Source: an uncultured Alistipes sp.
GTDB lineage: Bacteria; Bacteroidota; Bacteroidia; Bacteroidales; Rikenellaceae
Reading direction: 5' to 3'
DNA length: 64,000 bases
NCBI RefSeq assembly: GCF_963931675.1
Contig: NZ_OZ007039.1
Span: 1,771,806-1,835,805, forward strand
The notes under the pieces are model-generated. The model saw only the letters and a list, made by a program, of their open reading frames with translations. It was not told the DNA's origin and searched no databases. Of this stretch, positions 39,190 to 48,890 are shown in pieces (positions within the stretch are counted from its first letter, which is position 1; each line of letters opens with the position of its first letter). The translations under genes and the position numbers were made by a program.

Positions 39190-39614
39190 TGATTATCAAT
39201 ATTTACGGCTTAAAAGATGGGGATTTTAAAAATTTACTTGTTTTTTCACAAAAAATCGAAGATTTAACGATTTTTTCATCGTCTCCCTCCGCACAGAGGG
39301 GAAATAGGCAAAAACAGCCTTTAGGGGCCCCGACCGATCTCGTTTACAAGATAAGGCATGGCGGTGTTTATTTCGCCAAAATGGGCTGTAAAATCGAGGA
39401 TGGATTCACGGATAGTTTCGGGGTTGTCGTCCGTCATCTTGGGTGAGCTGATGGGGTGTTTTGCTTAGCCTTTGCCCCTGAGCTCTTAAAAGTTTTGCAG
39501 CCAAAAGAAAAAATGGCGGTAGCCATTTTCCATGGCGCAGCCATCTCTTTTCTTCCCTTATTTTGACTTTACTTTAATGAACGTATATATGAATACGGGG
39601 GATAAAGTAAAGTT
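39190..39614 (+). repeat. structured repeat element, copy 1 (~425 bp; a second copy lies at 55516-56075)
   Basis: The two copies share about 150 bp at the 5' end (gattatcaat...aaatttacttgtttttt.acaaaaaatcgaagatttaacg.ttttttcatcg.ctccctccg.acagagggg) and about 75 bp at the 3' end, ending in the hairpin gactttactttaatgaacgtatat.t.a.tacgggg.ataaagtaaagtt. Neither copy has a conserved ORF. Confidence 0.6.
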
Positions 39615-39717
39615 TCTTTTCTTTTGGCTGTAAATTATTTAGTGAATCCTTTGGCTGTTTTATATTTAATCGCGATATTTGCGTTACGATGATTATGTAA
39701 TGATTGGATGGAATAAA

Positions 39718-40842
39718 ATGAAACCGAACAATCCTTTCTTGATAACGGGCTACCACAGCCCTGAATTTTTTTGCGACCGTGAGACGGAAACATCTACGAT
39801 TCTTGATGCGCTCCACAATGGGCGTAATGTAACGCTGATTGCTCCCCGTCGTATGGGCAAGACCGGTCTGATCCGTCATGCCTTTTATCGTCTGAAAGAG
39901 CAGGAACCCGATATTGTCACGCTCTATATGGATATCTACTCTACGCAGTCAATGGGTGATTTCGTGCGGTTGTTTGCCAATACGGTGTTGGGGAAACTGG
40001 ATACTGCACCCCAGAAAGCATTAAGCCGCATTGGACAGTTTATTCGCAGTTGTCGTCCGGTATTCACCATTGACGAACTGACCGGAGTCCCCAAAGTGAC
40101 GATTGACGTGGCACCCCAAGAGGAGGAGCGTACACTGAAAGAGATATTCGATTATCTGGGATCCTCGGAGAAACGGTGTTATATTGCCATCGACGAGTTT
40201 CAGCAGATTGCCGAATACCCGGAGAAAGGGATAGAAGCTCTGTTGCGCTCCTATATCCAGTTCCTGCCTAATGTAAACTTTATCTTTGCGGGCAGCAAGC
40301 AACATTTGATGCAGGAGATGTTTACGTCGTCGAAAAGACCGTTCTATCAGAGTACGCAACTGCTGACCATCGGCCCCATTGATCGTGAGTCGTATGCCTG
40401 TTTCGCTGCTGTGCACTTTGCTGAACATGGCGTGCAGCTTCCCCATGAGGTTTTCGATGCAATTTACGATAAATTTGATGGACATACCTGGTATATCCAG
40501 TGCCTTCTCAATCGCTTGTACGGCTATAATCGGAATGTGGATACGAGGTTGGTGGCGTATGCTACGGAACAGATCGTTTCCGAACAGAGCTATTCGTATG
40601 CGGATTTGCTGAAGGCCTATTCGGCCGGTCATGTGCGCCTGTTGAAAGCTATCGCCCGCGAAGGGTGCGTCAAGGAGGTGTTGGCGGGAGATTTTATCAG
40701 CCGACATCGGCTTCGTGCGGCGAGCAGCGTAAGTGCTTCATTGAAGAAGCTGCTCGATCATGAACTGGTTTATCAGACACCTTGCGGGTATATTATTTAC
40801 GACCGCTTTATGAGCGAGTGGTTGCGGCAGCAGCCGTTCTAA
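39718..40842 (+). CDS. AAA+ ATPase (archaeal-ATPase/DUF234-type ATP-binding protein)
   Basis: Walker A block LIAPRRMGKTGL and Walker B IAIDEFQ. The architecture is typical of Bacteroides 'ATP-binding protein' genes. Confidence 0.6.
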   Translation: MKPNNPFLITGYHSPEFFCDRETETSTILDALHNGRNVTLIAPRRMGKTGLIRHAFYRLKEQEPDIVTLYMDIYSTQSMGDFVRLFANTVLGKLDTAPQKALSRIGQFIRSCRPVFTIDELTGVPKVTIDVAPQEEERTLKEIFDYLGSSEKRCYIAIDEFQQIAEYPEKGIEALLRSYIQFLPNVNFIFAGSKQHLMQEMFTSSKRPFYQSTQLLTIGPIDRESYACFAAVHFAEHGVQLPHEVFDAIYDKFDGHTWYIQCLLNRLYGYNRNVDTRLVAYATEQIVSEQSYSYADLLKAYSAGHVRLLKAIAREGCVKEVLAGDFISRHRLRAASSVSASLKKLLDHELVYQTPCGYIIYDRFMSEWLRQQPF

Positions 40843-40854
40843 TGACGAGATATT

Positions 40855-41463
40855 ATGAAAGACGAAATAATCCGATTTTTAGCGCAGAACATCGTCGGCA
40901 GAATCTTATTCACCGACGATGTGGTATATAAACTTGAGAAGGGACACATGGAAGGTGTGTATAACGATAAAATGATCTTCTCCGATCTGGTGCAGACCGA
41001 AGGAGGTTTTAAGTTCAACATGACTTCCGTTACTCATGAGTTGGTATACCATCTGGATGAGAAAGGGGAAAGAACCACCATTGCCAAAGATTATACAGGA
41101 ACGAGTGTGTTTTGCTATGAACTGGCCTTGAGGAAAAGTACCGGACGACTGACCGGTTACATGCACTGCATTTCAACAACGGTTCAGCATCAGACCATGG
41201 AAGCTGTTGTTTGCGGGCTATTTGATGTCTCCTTTGATGAAAAGGGGTTGAAATGGCAGGAAAATCAGTTGTTGTATAGAGATAACCCTACAAGTGCGGA
41301 TAAATACAAGCCTGTTGCATTTGATGCCAAGGTCCGAATTTATCTTGACAATGGCAAGGCCGTATTCGAATACCTGCCGACGCATTGGGATGTGGATCCA
41401 GATACCTTGGAAAAAAGATTATCCAAGGACAATTATCCAGCTTATATATCAAAGGAGAGGTGA
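40855..41463 (+). CDS. hypothetical protein
   Basis: ORF only; 12 nt downstream of the ATPase gene. Confidence 0.45.
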   Translation: MKDEIIRFLAQNIVGRILFTDDVVYKLEKGHMEGVYNDKMIFSDLVQTEGGFKFNMTSVTHELVYHLDEKGERTTIAKDYTGTSVFCYELALRKSTGRLTGYMHCISTTVQHQTMEAVVCGLFDVSFDEKGLKWQENQLLYRDNPTSADKYKPVAFDAKVRIYLDNGKAVFEYLPTHWDVDPDTLEKRLSKDNYPAYISKER

Positions 41464-41744
41464 GAGGTAAGTTGATTTGTTAAACCATGTTTGAGAACGC
41501 TCTATTTTTTACGCAATAGTTCAATTTTGATTCGTTGGAATATAGTATAGCGGTTAAAGGTTCATATATGATATATTGTTTGGAATTTTATAATCAGAGT
41601 AAAAAGTCTGTTTGGAGAGAATTCTCGATAAGAATGAAGGTGCTGCTTCGTCTCAAGAAATTTGTTGGTTCTCAATAAAATCCGTAATTTCGTTCCGTCA
41701 ATAGAATAAAAACAAAGCATAAAGTTTACAATGCTGCAAAGAAG

Positions 41745-41940
41745 AATGAACAACTGGAACACCATATCGGACCGAGGCATAAAATGTCTTGAGGTGTTAC
41801 CGTATGCCCATACTTCGGGCATTGGAGCATTCTATACTTTTGGAGACATTTTCCGACGAACGTCTGATAGACCATCGGGGGTACGATGATGCTGGTATCC
41901 CGCTGAAACGATAAATGAAAACCGTCGGAGAGTCCGACGC
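41745..41940 (+). repeat. ~190-bp repeat, copy A (second copy at 59932-60125); may encode a 36-46-aa peptide or a small RNA
   Basis: About 75-80% identity between copies, including atg.ccatacttcgggcattg.agcattctat...tacgatgatgc.ggtatcccgctgaa..gataaatgaaaaccgtcggagagtcc. Confidence 0.5.
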
Positions 41941-42157
41941 AGAAAAGCGTTGTAACTCGTTAATTTTCTGTTTGTTACGACGTTGACCGATGCCGCAAAA
42001 AGACACACTGTAAAGAGGCGGCAAAACCTTGTTTGACGCTTCATTTCAGGTGTCCGATATTCTCGGAAAAATGTAAAACTCGGGTTCGGAGTCCGAATTT
42101 TGGAGGTTCATTTCCCGCTCCGAACCGGGGATTCATCCGGGAAGAACAAGATCTTTT

Positions 42158-42613
42158 TTAAGCCTTGTTTTGGTGCTTTTTCAGAACCTCCTCTCTGGAT
42201 TCAAAGTGCTGTTTGCCCGACAAGGCTCGCTCCTCGGCTTTGCGCTGTCGGATGCGTCCGACCCAATCCGGTGCAATTTCAATCGAGACAATCCACACAA
42301 CCTGCATGGAGCAGTACAGCAGAATTTGCATGGGAAACGAAAACTGCGTTTCGGCAGGAAACAGCCAGTTGTACGTTGCCAAAGGGACGAATGCATTGAC
42401 GATTAACATCAAGGCTTCTGTTTCTCGTTGCCGGCGTGTATATCCGAGGTGTTTCCAGGCGATCAGAATGAGAAGTACGTTGACCCCGAGCAATGTCCAA
42501 ACGATTGGCCACGGTTTGATAACCGCTGTTTCCGGGTGCGAGTTCATGATGAACCAAGCCGGAATAACAGGGACTAGTCCGTTTATCAGCAGCGTGAAAA
42601 CCTTGAAAGCCAT
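42158..42613 (-). CDS. small integral membrane protein (4 TM)
   Basis: Hydrophobic segments and a basic C-terminus. Confidence 0.45.
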   Translation of the reverse strand: MAFKVFTLLINGLVPVIPAWFIMNSHPETAVIKPWPIVWTLLGVNVLLILIAWKHLGYTRRQRETEALMLIVNAFVPLATYNWLFPAETQFSFPMQILLYCSMQVVWIVSIEIAPDWVGRIRQRKAEERALSGKQHFESREEVLKKHQNKA

Positions 42614-42781
42614 CGTGAAGCCTATTTGCTCTTGAATCCAAAGTTAGGAAAATATTTCGAATTCTCGCTTTGTTTATGAAAATTGATGCCAATTTTTCTG
42701 ATTGGCAAATTGTTTGTCGTTTACCTATCAACCCGACGGAGGCGATCGGGAAAGTACAGGTACAGGTAACACTGAAAAAGA

Positions 42782-43378
42782 ATGTCTAACTTAAAACCGC
42801 AATTTGTTATGAGAAGTATCACAACATTCGATCTGCAGTATGCACACCGTTTCTACGGTTTTCAAGGAGAGGCTCAGTATCTCCACGGCCACACGGGACA
42901 GTTGACCATCGAGGTGGAGGATAGCATCGAGGCGGGCGTGAACATGGTTTACCCCTGCAACGAGATTCAGAAGGTAGCATGGGACGTGCTCCGGAATTTC
43001 GACCACGCGCTGGTTCTGCGCGAGGATGATCCGCTGCTGCCGGCCGTTCTGGACGTCTACGAGAAGCAGGGCATCCGCAACGGACACCCGCAGAACAAGA
43101 TGAAGGGCCCGGCCTTCAAGACGGAGCTGGCCACGGCCTATCCCGATTGCCGTCTGGTGGTCACGAAAGAGACGCTGACGGTTGAGGGGATGATCAAGAT
43201 TGTCTACGACCTGCTGAAGGATAAACTCAACATCGCCAAGATCACCTTCACGAGCGGTGTGAATGCGGCCTCGGCGGAGTTCGTGACCAAGAACGACATC
43301 GACCGCTGCCCGCTGTGCGGCGTTGCACTCAACGAGGAGGGTGTATGTCCGAAGTGCGGGTACCGCAAGAAGAAGTAA
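42782..43378 (+). CDS. 6-pyruvoyl-tetrahydropterin synthase/QueD-like family protein with a C-terminal zinc ribbon
   Basis: HRFYGF...LHGHTGQ resembles the PTPS C-x3-HGH catalytic block. The C-terminus carries CPLCG...CPKCG. Confidence 0.4.
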   Translation: MSNLKPQFVMRSITTFDLQYAHRFYGFQGEAQYLHGHTGQLTIEVEDSIEAGVNMVYPCNEIQKVAWDVLRNFDHALVLREDDPLLPAVLDVYEKQGIRNGHPQNKMKGPAFKTELATAYPDCRLVVTKETLTVEGMIKIVYDLLKDKLNIAKITFTSGVNAASAEFVTKNDIDRCPLCGVALNEEGVCPKCGYRKKK

Positions 43379-43394
43379 CCGTCACACTCTGTGG

Positions 43395-43436
43395 ATAGGG
43401 TAGTCGGGTTCCGATTTTTCGGGGCCCGACTTTTTT
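43395..43436 (+). terminator. Rho-independent terminator (gtcgggttccgatttttcggggcccgac + T-run)
   Basis: Inverted repeat plus ttttttatt directly after the stop codon. Confidence 0.55.
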
Positions 43437-43578
43437 ATTCTGTTGAGAACTTCCGACCGGATGCAAGGAAATCTCTCTTTGTAGTCTGTGTTTCATGGTG
43501 AATGTTGCTTAAATGGAAGATATTCTTTATATTTGTAAGGAATACTATTTTATTTGTTTTGTGGTATAAATAGCATTT

Positions 43579-43896
43579 ATGAATAATATGATAGCGTTTG
43601 ATGTCTTAAATCCAGGTGAGGTGGCCTTGCGGATTGCGGCGAGAGTCAAAGCTCGGAGATTGGAGCTGGATTTGACGCAGGAGGGTTTGGCAGTGAGAGC
43701 AGGAATCAAGTTCGCAACCTATCGCAGATTTGAGCAGACGGGGGAGATCTCGTTGAAGGGGCTGCTTCAGATAGGCTTTGCCTTGAATGCTCTTTCGGAG
43801 TTCGATGCTCTTTTTGCGCAGAGGCAATATCAATCGCTCGATGATGTCTTGAATGAGCAAAGTGTCATGCGTAAACGGGGTCGGAAAAATGAATAG
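43579..43896 (+). CDS. hipB: HipB-like XRE-family HTH antitoxin
   Basis: HTH block LDLTQEGLAVRAGIKFATYRRFEQ. It overlaps the start of the downstream hipA-like gene. Confidence 0.65.
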   Translation: MNNMIAFDVLNPGEVALRIAARVKARRLELDLTQEGLAVRAGIKFATYRRFEQTGEISLKGLLQIGFALNALSEFDALFAQRQYQSLDDVLNEQSVMRKRGRKNE

Positions 43897-44974
43897 CATC
43901 AAACAAATCGAAGTTCTTCTTGCGGATCGGTTGGTGGGCCGTCTGGCTCTGACCAAGGAGGGGTTGTGTGCATTTGAATATGCTCCCGATTGGCTCGGTT
44001 CGGGTTTCTCCATTTCTCCCTTTGAGTTGCCTTTGCGAAGTGGCGTCTTTATTGCCAAACCGCGTCCGTTTGAGGGAGGATTCGGAGTTTTCGATGATTG
44101 CCTGCCCGATGGGTGGGGACTCCTTATCCTGGATCGCTACCTGCAGCAAAAGGGGATCAATCCTCGCGTGCTTACTCTGTTGGATCGCCTCGCATTGGTT
44201 GGGGTGTCGGGACGTGGGGCCCTGGAGTTTCGTCCGGATCATAGTGTCGTGACGCGACAGGATTATGCCGATTTCGAGAAGTTAGCATTGGAAGCGGAGC
44301 GGATATTGGACAGCGACGAGTATAGTGGAGAAGGTATTGAGGAATTTCAAGACCGTGGTGGTTCTCCGGGTGGCGCACGTCCCAAGATCTTTGCTCGTTA
44401 TGAAGGCAAAGAGTGGCTGGTAAAGTTTCGAGCCAAGAGAGATCCACAGAGTATAGGTGTGGATGAATACCGCTATTCGCTGCTTGCTAAAAAGTGCGGA
44501 ATCGAAATGCCGGAAACTCGACTTTTCGAAGGCAAGTACTTCGGCGTGGAGCGTTTCGACCGAATGCCTCAAGGCAAGTTGCATGTTGTTAGCGTGGCTG
44601 GTCTTATCGGTGCCGATTATCGGTTGCCTAGTATCGACTACAAGCATATTTTTCAGGTGTGCGCCATGTTAACGCATAGTGTAGCCGAGTTGTGGAAAGT
44701 TTATCGACTGATGGTGTTCAATTATCTCATCGGTAACAAGGACGACCACGCTAAGAACTTCGCCTTTATTCATCGGGATGGCGATTGGCATTTTGCTCCG
44801 GCCTATGACCTGTTGCCCAGCGATGGCATTAATGGTTTTCGCACAACCTCAATCAATGACAGTATCGAACCGACGAAAGAGGATCTTTTGGCTGTAGCAG
44901 TAAAGATTGGGTTGAATGAGAAAGAGGCGGTCTATGAGTTTAACAGACTGCGAGAAATACTTCCTACTAAATAA
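43889..44974 (+). CDS. hipA: HipA-family serine/threonine kinase toxin
   Basis: HipA N-terminal block VGRLALTKEG..FEY, GARPKIF, and the catalytic loop DDHAKNFAF. Confidence 0.8.
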   Translation: MNSIKQIEVLLADRLVGRLALTKEGLCAFEYAPDWLGSGFSISPFELPLRSGVFIAKPRPFEGGFGVFDDCLPDGWGLLILDRYLQQKGINPRVLTLLDRLALVGVSGRGALEFRPDHSVVTRQDYADFEKLALEAERILDSDEYSGEGIEEFQDRGGSPGGARPKIFARYEGKEWLVKFRAKRDPQSIGVDEYRYSLLAKKCGIEMPETRLFEGKYFGVERFDRMPQGKLHVVSVAGLIGADYRLPSIDYKHIFQVCAMLTHSVAELWKVYRLMVFNYLIGNKDDHAKNFAFIHRDGDWHFAPAYDLLPSDGINGFRTTSINDSIEPTKEDLLAVAVKIGLNEKEAVYEFNRLREILPTK

Positions 44975-45065
44975 TAAGAATTTAAACTGTGTTAGTGAGT
45001 CGAAAGAAACTCAAGATTGTTAGATTTTTAAGATATGTGCGATTCTTATTTCATTTTTATACACA

Positions 45066-45845
45066 ATGAAAGCTATGTGGCATATACAACGTGAAGAGTT
45101 CAAGAGATTAAAGTCCGGCTCAAGTGCGTTAAATATTCTTTATCAGGAAGGATGTACTTATGTAATGGACAATCATCTTGCGGCAGGATGGTGTTGGTAT
45201 AATACCTTAGATCGTCGTAAAGAATATAATTTTTGTCATATTGATCAGCATGATGATCTCGCTAATGATAAGCATGATATTGTGAAGGACTTATTTGAAG
45301 AAACTCCAATTCCGCTTGAAAGATATATTTCCTTACATTATGAACAGCCTCCTAAAGTTGTGATGCCTCCAGTGAAAGCTATACGATGGGATAATTATAT
45401 ACTTCACATGAAATCAGTGTTTCCTCATTGGTTTATGAAAGAAGTTTATGCATGTCATGATTTTGTTTCAGGCGAAAGTAGCAGTGTTACAAAAACTCAG
45501 CCATACGATCGCTATTATGATTGTGATAACGGATGGCAAGAATATCCAGTTCATCCAATCAATATCAATTGTTATGATTTAAGTCGACTACTGGAAGAGC
45601 AGATTAGTAATAATAAAGGAAGATTATGGATTGTAAATCTGGATGTCGATTATTTTTTTAATAATAAGGTTCAATTATTTACAGAGACGTATATAGAATC
45701 TATATGTACCCAGATTGTTAAAGAGAAAGCTAAAATAGCTGTACTTACTATTGCTCTCAGTCCTGATTGCTGTGGCGGTTGGGAGAATGCCATTAGAGTA
45801 TATAATTATATAGCAGAACGACTTTTTCTTGAAATGCGGTTATAA
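45066..45845 (+). CDS. UPF0489 family protein
   Basis: The blocks YVMDNHLAAGWCWY and CHIDQHDD match my recollection of the UPF0489 signature. The gene is low-GC. Confidence 0.4.
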   Translation: MKAMWHIQREEFKRLKSGSSALNILYQEGCTYVMDNHLAAGWCWYNTLDRRKEYNFCHIDQHDDLANDKHDIVKDLFEETPIPLERYISLHYEQPPKVVMPPVKAIRWDNYILHMKSVFPHWFMKEVYACHDFVSGESSSVTKTQPYDRYYDCDNGWQEYPVHPININCYDLSRLLEEQISNNKGRLWIVNLDVDYFFNNKVQLFTETYIESICTQIVKEKAKIAVLTIALSPDCCGGWENAIRVYNYIAERLFLEMRL

Positions 45846-45932
45846 TGTGGTGGACAATTAATGGTCTTTTCCTCCAAAATAGTTTAGATTTTATTGGGCT
45901 AAATGAAATTTATTGGTTTTGAAAGTCTTATT

Positions 45933-48890
45933 TCATGATTCACGCTCTTTATGATATGGACACAAATCAATAGTTAACTCTTTGAGCTGTTCATCCGAAA
46001 GGTGCATATCTTTCAAAAGGTTCAACAATTCTTCCTGACGTGGCTGTCCCAATGTCATACGATACAATGCAAGTACTTTGATCAGGCGATCGTATTTATA
46101 TCGATCACGGCTGAGAGGGTAAAGCGGAACAATACGTTCAATGTATTCCAATTTAGCCCGTTGTTCTTCTGTTAGTTCTGCGACAGGAAGGCACCAATAA
46201 GGAACGATATCCGAATGCGTACCTTTCAAATCTTTGTAAGCCATAGAGAATAAATCATCCCAAGTATGATACACTGCATTGCCATATAATTTTACCACAT
46301 TTCTGCGTATAGCCAGGCATTTATAGCGGTTAATACGGCCTTCGCGTTGCTCCAAATCAACCGGATTCGAAGGTAAATTCCAGTGAACAATCTTTCTGGC
46401 ATACCAATGAAAATCAAGACCTTCCTGTCCAATCGAAGTGGTAGAAAGCAAGAATGGCCGGAAGGGAGAGTTGAATGCCTTACGGATATTGCTGGTACGT
46501 GCGACTGATTTGTCTGTGACTGTTTTATCAATGAACGGAATTGCAAAATGGCAACGCATAAGTTGCTTTTTCTTATCCGTACCCAAAGAATCGGTTGTGT
46601 CTATACTAAGATTGCTCGTACCGATAATGGCATCCGAGATAACATGTCCGAGTTCCTTTTTTTGTGCCATGTGTGCATATTCATCGAGAACAGCTTGCAG
46701 GTTGCCTATCACACAGTAATCAAGTACAGATTCGTAATAATCATCATCATTTTTCTTGTTGTACATCAGATCTATCACAACTGCACTTTCGGGCTTGTTG
46801 AACACTGAGACGATTGCTTTGGCTACCATCTTGGCATCTTCTTCATTGCCTGATTGTCGATAGGCACATACTGCAGGTGAGGCTATAGCGATATCTGTCA
46901 TCACATCCAATGCATTCGAAGGTACATACAAGCCAATCAAGTCTTCTACTGGTTCGTCATCCAGTATTCTCATGAGGGAAAGAATAAGTTGGGCGTTGTT
47001 TCGTCCTTGTTGTGGAAGGGTATGTATGAGCGTATTCTGGGCAAATTTTTCTTGAATTCGCTGTTTTATGATTCTCCGGATTGAAGAAAGTTTTTCTCCA
47101 TAGAATTCCGCAGGAGAGAAAAGACTCGCTAAAGTTCGGCAAGGGTACTCTAATAGCCCACCTGTTCTTAAACGGCCTTCACCGTAACGATTCTTCTTTT
47201 TTGAAGCATAGCCTATCTTCGGCTCGGTTAACTCTCCAAAAGTATATAAATCAGAATAATATGACATCATTATGGAAATCATTCTCGGCACCATTTCCCA
47301 TGATGAGAACAGGATAACTTTAGAGAAACTGCGAGCCTCGTTACTCTCAAATACACCTTCGGCCGTATAGTAAGGATTGGACGCGGGAACCCAAAGCAGC
47401 AGATGTGTTTTCTTTTCATGGCGAACTCCAAATACCAAGTCGTGAAGATACTTTAATTTGCCACTGGCAAAAGGAATTGAACGATATTTGTTGATTGCAT
47501 CTCTTGAGAGGAGTAATGCTTTCATTTTACCGGGTTTCTTTACCTCTAAATGATGCAATGCTGAAACTATTTGCTTCTTCAGTTCATACTTGTCCATAAA
47601 GGACAGTAAATAAGGCGAAGATTTGACATACTCCATGGGAAGATTACCCAAGTGTATTTTTTTATTTTCATGGCTTAGACAATCCATAAGATGCTGGCAT
47701 TCTGCAAACGAAAGAATATCTTCCGGCAAGACCTGTACATCGCATACTTGAGAATCGTTTATAATGCCACTATTAAATCGTTCCGTGCGGCACATCACTC
47801 CATATAGAGCTTCTTCCGCCTCGTTTTTGGCGGAGACGAGAGGTGTCAGATCAACTACATCAGTACGCTTCAGTGCGGCAGAATATGTATGCCATATCAA
47901 CTTAAATCGGTCGGTTTTATCTTTTGTGGCATATAGAAAGTCCATTACTTTCATAAAGTCCTGATAGTGCTCGTCATTTCCATCCGTATTCAACTCTTCA
48001 AGGGTAGAATATGGCTTGTAGGGCGTAGCGGAAAGCAACAGAATCTTGGTATTGGATCGCTTGTTATCGAAAAATTTGTTGGCCAGCATGGATTGCTCAT
48101 CATCACTTTGTTCGAGCAGAGAGTTGAAGCGTTGGAACTCATCCATGATAACCAGATCCGGATCGAGCATGTCTATACTGATCCCGGCAAAAATACGACG
48201 CAGTTTGTTAATCAGATCTGCTCGTTGCCGATTGTCGCAACCATTCTGAGCATATTCAATCAGTTGATTGATAATCGTATCTGACAGGCTTGTCTGCAAC
48301 TTGCCATACATCTCGCAAAGATAGTCTTTGCCACATTCTTTGATTTTACCGTTATAGATGATAGTAAGTTCATGCCAGTTTTTTACATTGCAACTAAGAA
48401 GATTGCTGATGACTTTTTTATGATCTTTAAATTGAGGGAGCCCGCATAATAAATCATACATCAAGGCCCGTTCATTGGCTGTTCCTTGTGCACTGTAAAA
48501 ACGGAAGGAGGTTGATGGTGTCAGTGGAATGATCGATTCTGGCATTTCCCCTTTCTCGCGTTGTTCTGCAATCCTTTTTTCTGTCAGTTTGATATAAAGA
48601 TGCTGCATTGACAGACGGCTCTCACTGATACTCATCCGATTGTCAACTCCCAATTTCTCAATGTTCTGGTCGGCTATATTAGCATTAGAACAAATATAGA
48701 CAACCTTAAAGAAATCATCTTGTTCCTGCTTGTGCCATTCTCGAATCAAATTAATAACTTGTTTGGCCACATACGTCTTACCTAATCCTACCTCATCGGC
48801 AAGTAATACCCGACGGTGCCCTAAGTTTTTATAGATATGTAGAATGCGCTCTGCTGTGGCACATTGAAAATCTTTGATTTCCTGGCTCAT
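45933..48890 (-). CDS. SNF2-family (SF2) helicase, 985 aa
   Basis: Motif I LLADEVGLGKT, II VIMDEFQRF, III LLLSATPY. C-terminal motifs V/VI STTSIGQEGLDFH and LEQREGRINR. Confidence 0.8.
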   Translation of the reverse strand: MSQEIKDFQCATAERILHIYKNLGHRRVLLADEVGLGKTYVAKQVINLIREWHKQEQDDFFKVVYICSNANIADQNIEKLGVDNRMSISESRLSMQHLYIKLTEKRIAEQREKGEMPESIIPLTPSTSFRFYSAQGTANERALMYDLLCGLPQFKDHKKVISNLLSCNVKNWHELTIIYNGKIKECGKDYLCEMYGKLQTSLSDTIINQLIEYAQNGCDNRQRADLINKLRRIFAGISIDMLDPDLVIMDEFQRFNSLLEQSDDEQSMLANKFFDNKRSNTKILLLSATPYKPYSTLEELNTDGNDEHYQDFMKVMDFLYATKDKTDRFKLIWHTYSAALKRTDVVDLTPLVSAKNEAEEALYGVMCRTERFNSGIINDSQVCDVQVLPEDILSFAECQHLMDCLSHENKKIHLGNLPMEYVKSSPYLLSFMDKYELKKQIVSALHHLEVKKPGKMKALLLSRDAINKYRSIPFASGKLKYLHDLVFGVRHEKKTHLLLWVPASNPYYTAEGVFESNEARSFSKVILFSSWEMVPRMISIMMSYYSDLYTFGELTEPKIGYASKKKNRYGEGRLRTGGLLEYPCRTLASLFSPAEFYGEKLSSIRRIIKQRIQEKFAQNTLIHTLPQQGRNNAQLILSLMRILDDEPVEDLIGLYVPSNALDVMTDIAIASPAVCAYRQSGNEEDAKMVAKAIVSVFNKPESAVVIDLMYNKKNDDDYYESVLDYCVIGNLQAVLDEYAHMAQKKELGHVISDAIIGTSNLSIDTTDSLGTDKKKQLMRCHFAIPFIDKTVTDKSVARTSNIRKAFNSPFRPFLLSTTSIGQEGLDFHWYARKIVHWNLPSNPVDLEQREGRINRYKCLAIRRNVVKLYGNAVYHTWDDLFSMAYKDLKGTHSDIVPYWCLPVAELTEEQRAKLEYIERIVPLYPLSRDRYKYDRLIKVLALYRMTLGQPRQEELLNLLKDMHLSDEQLKELTIDLCPYHKERES

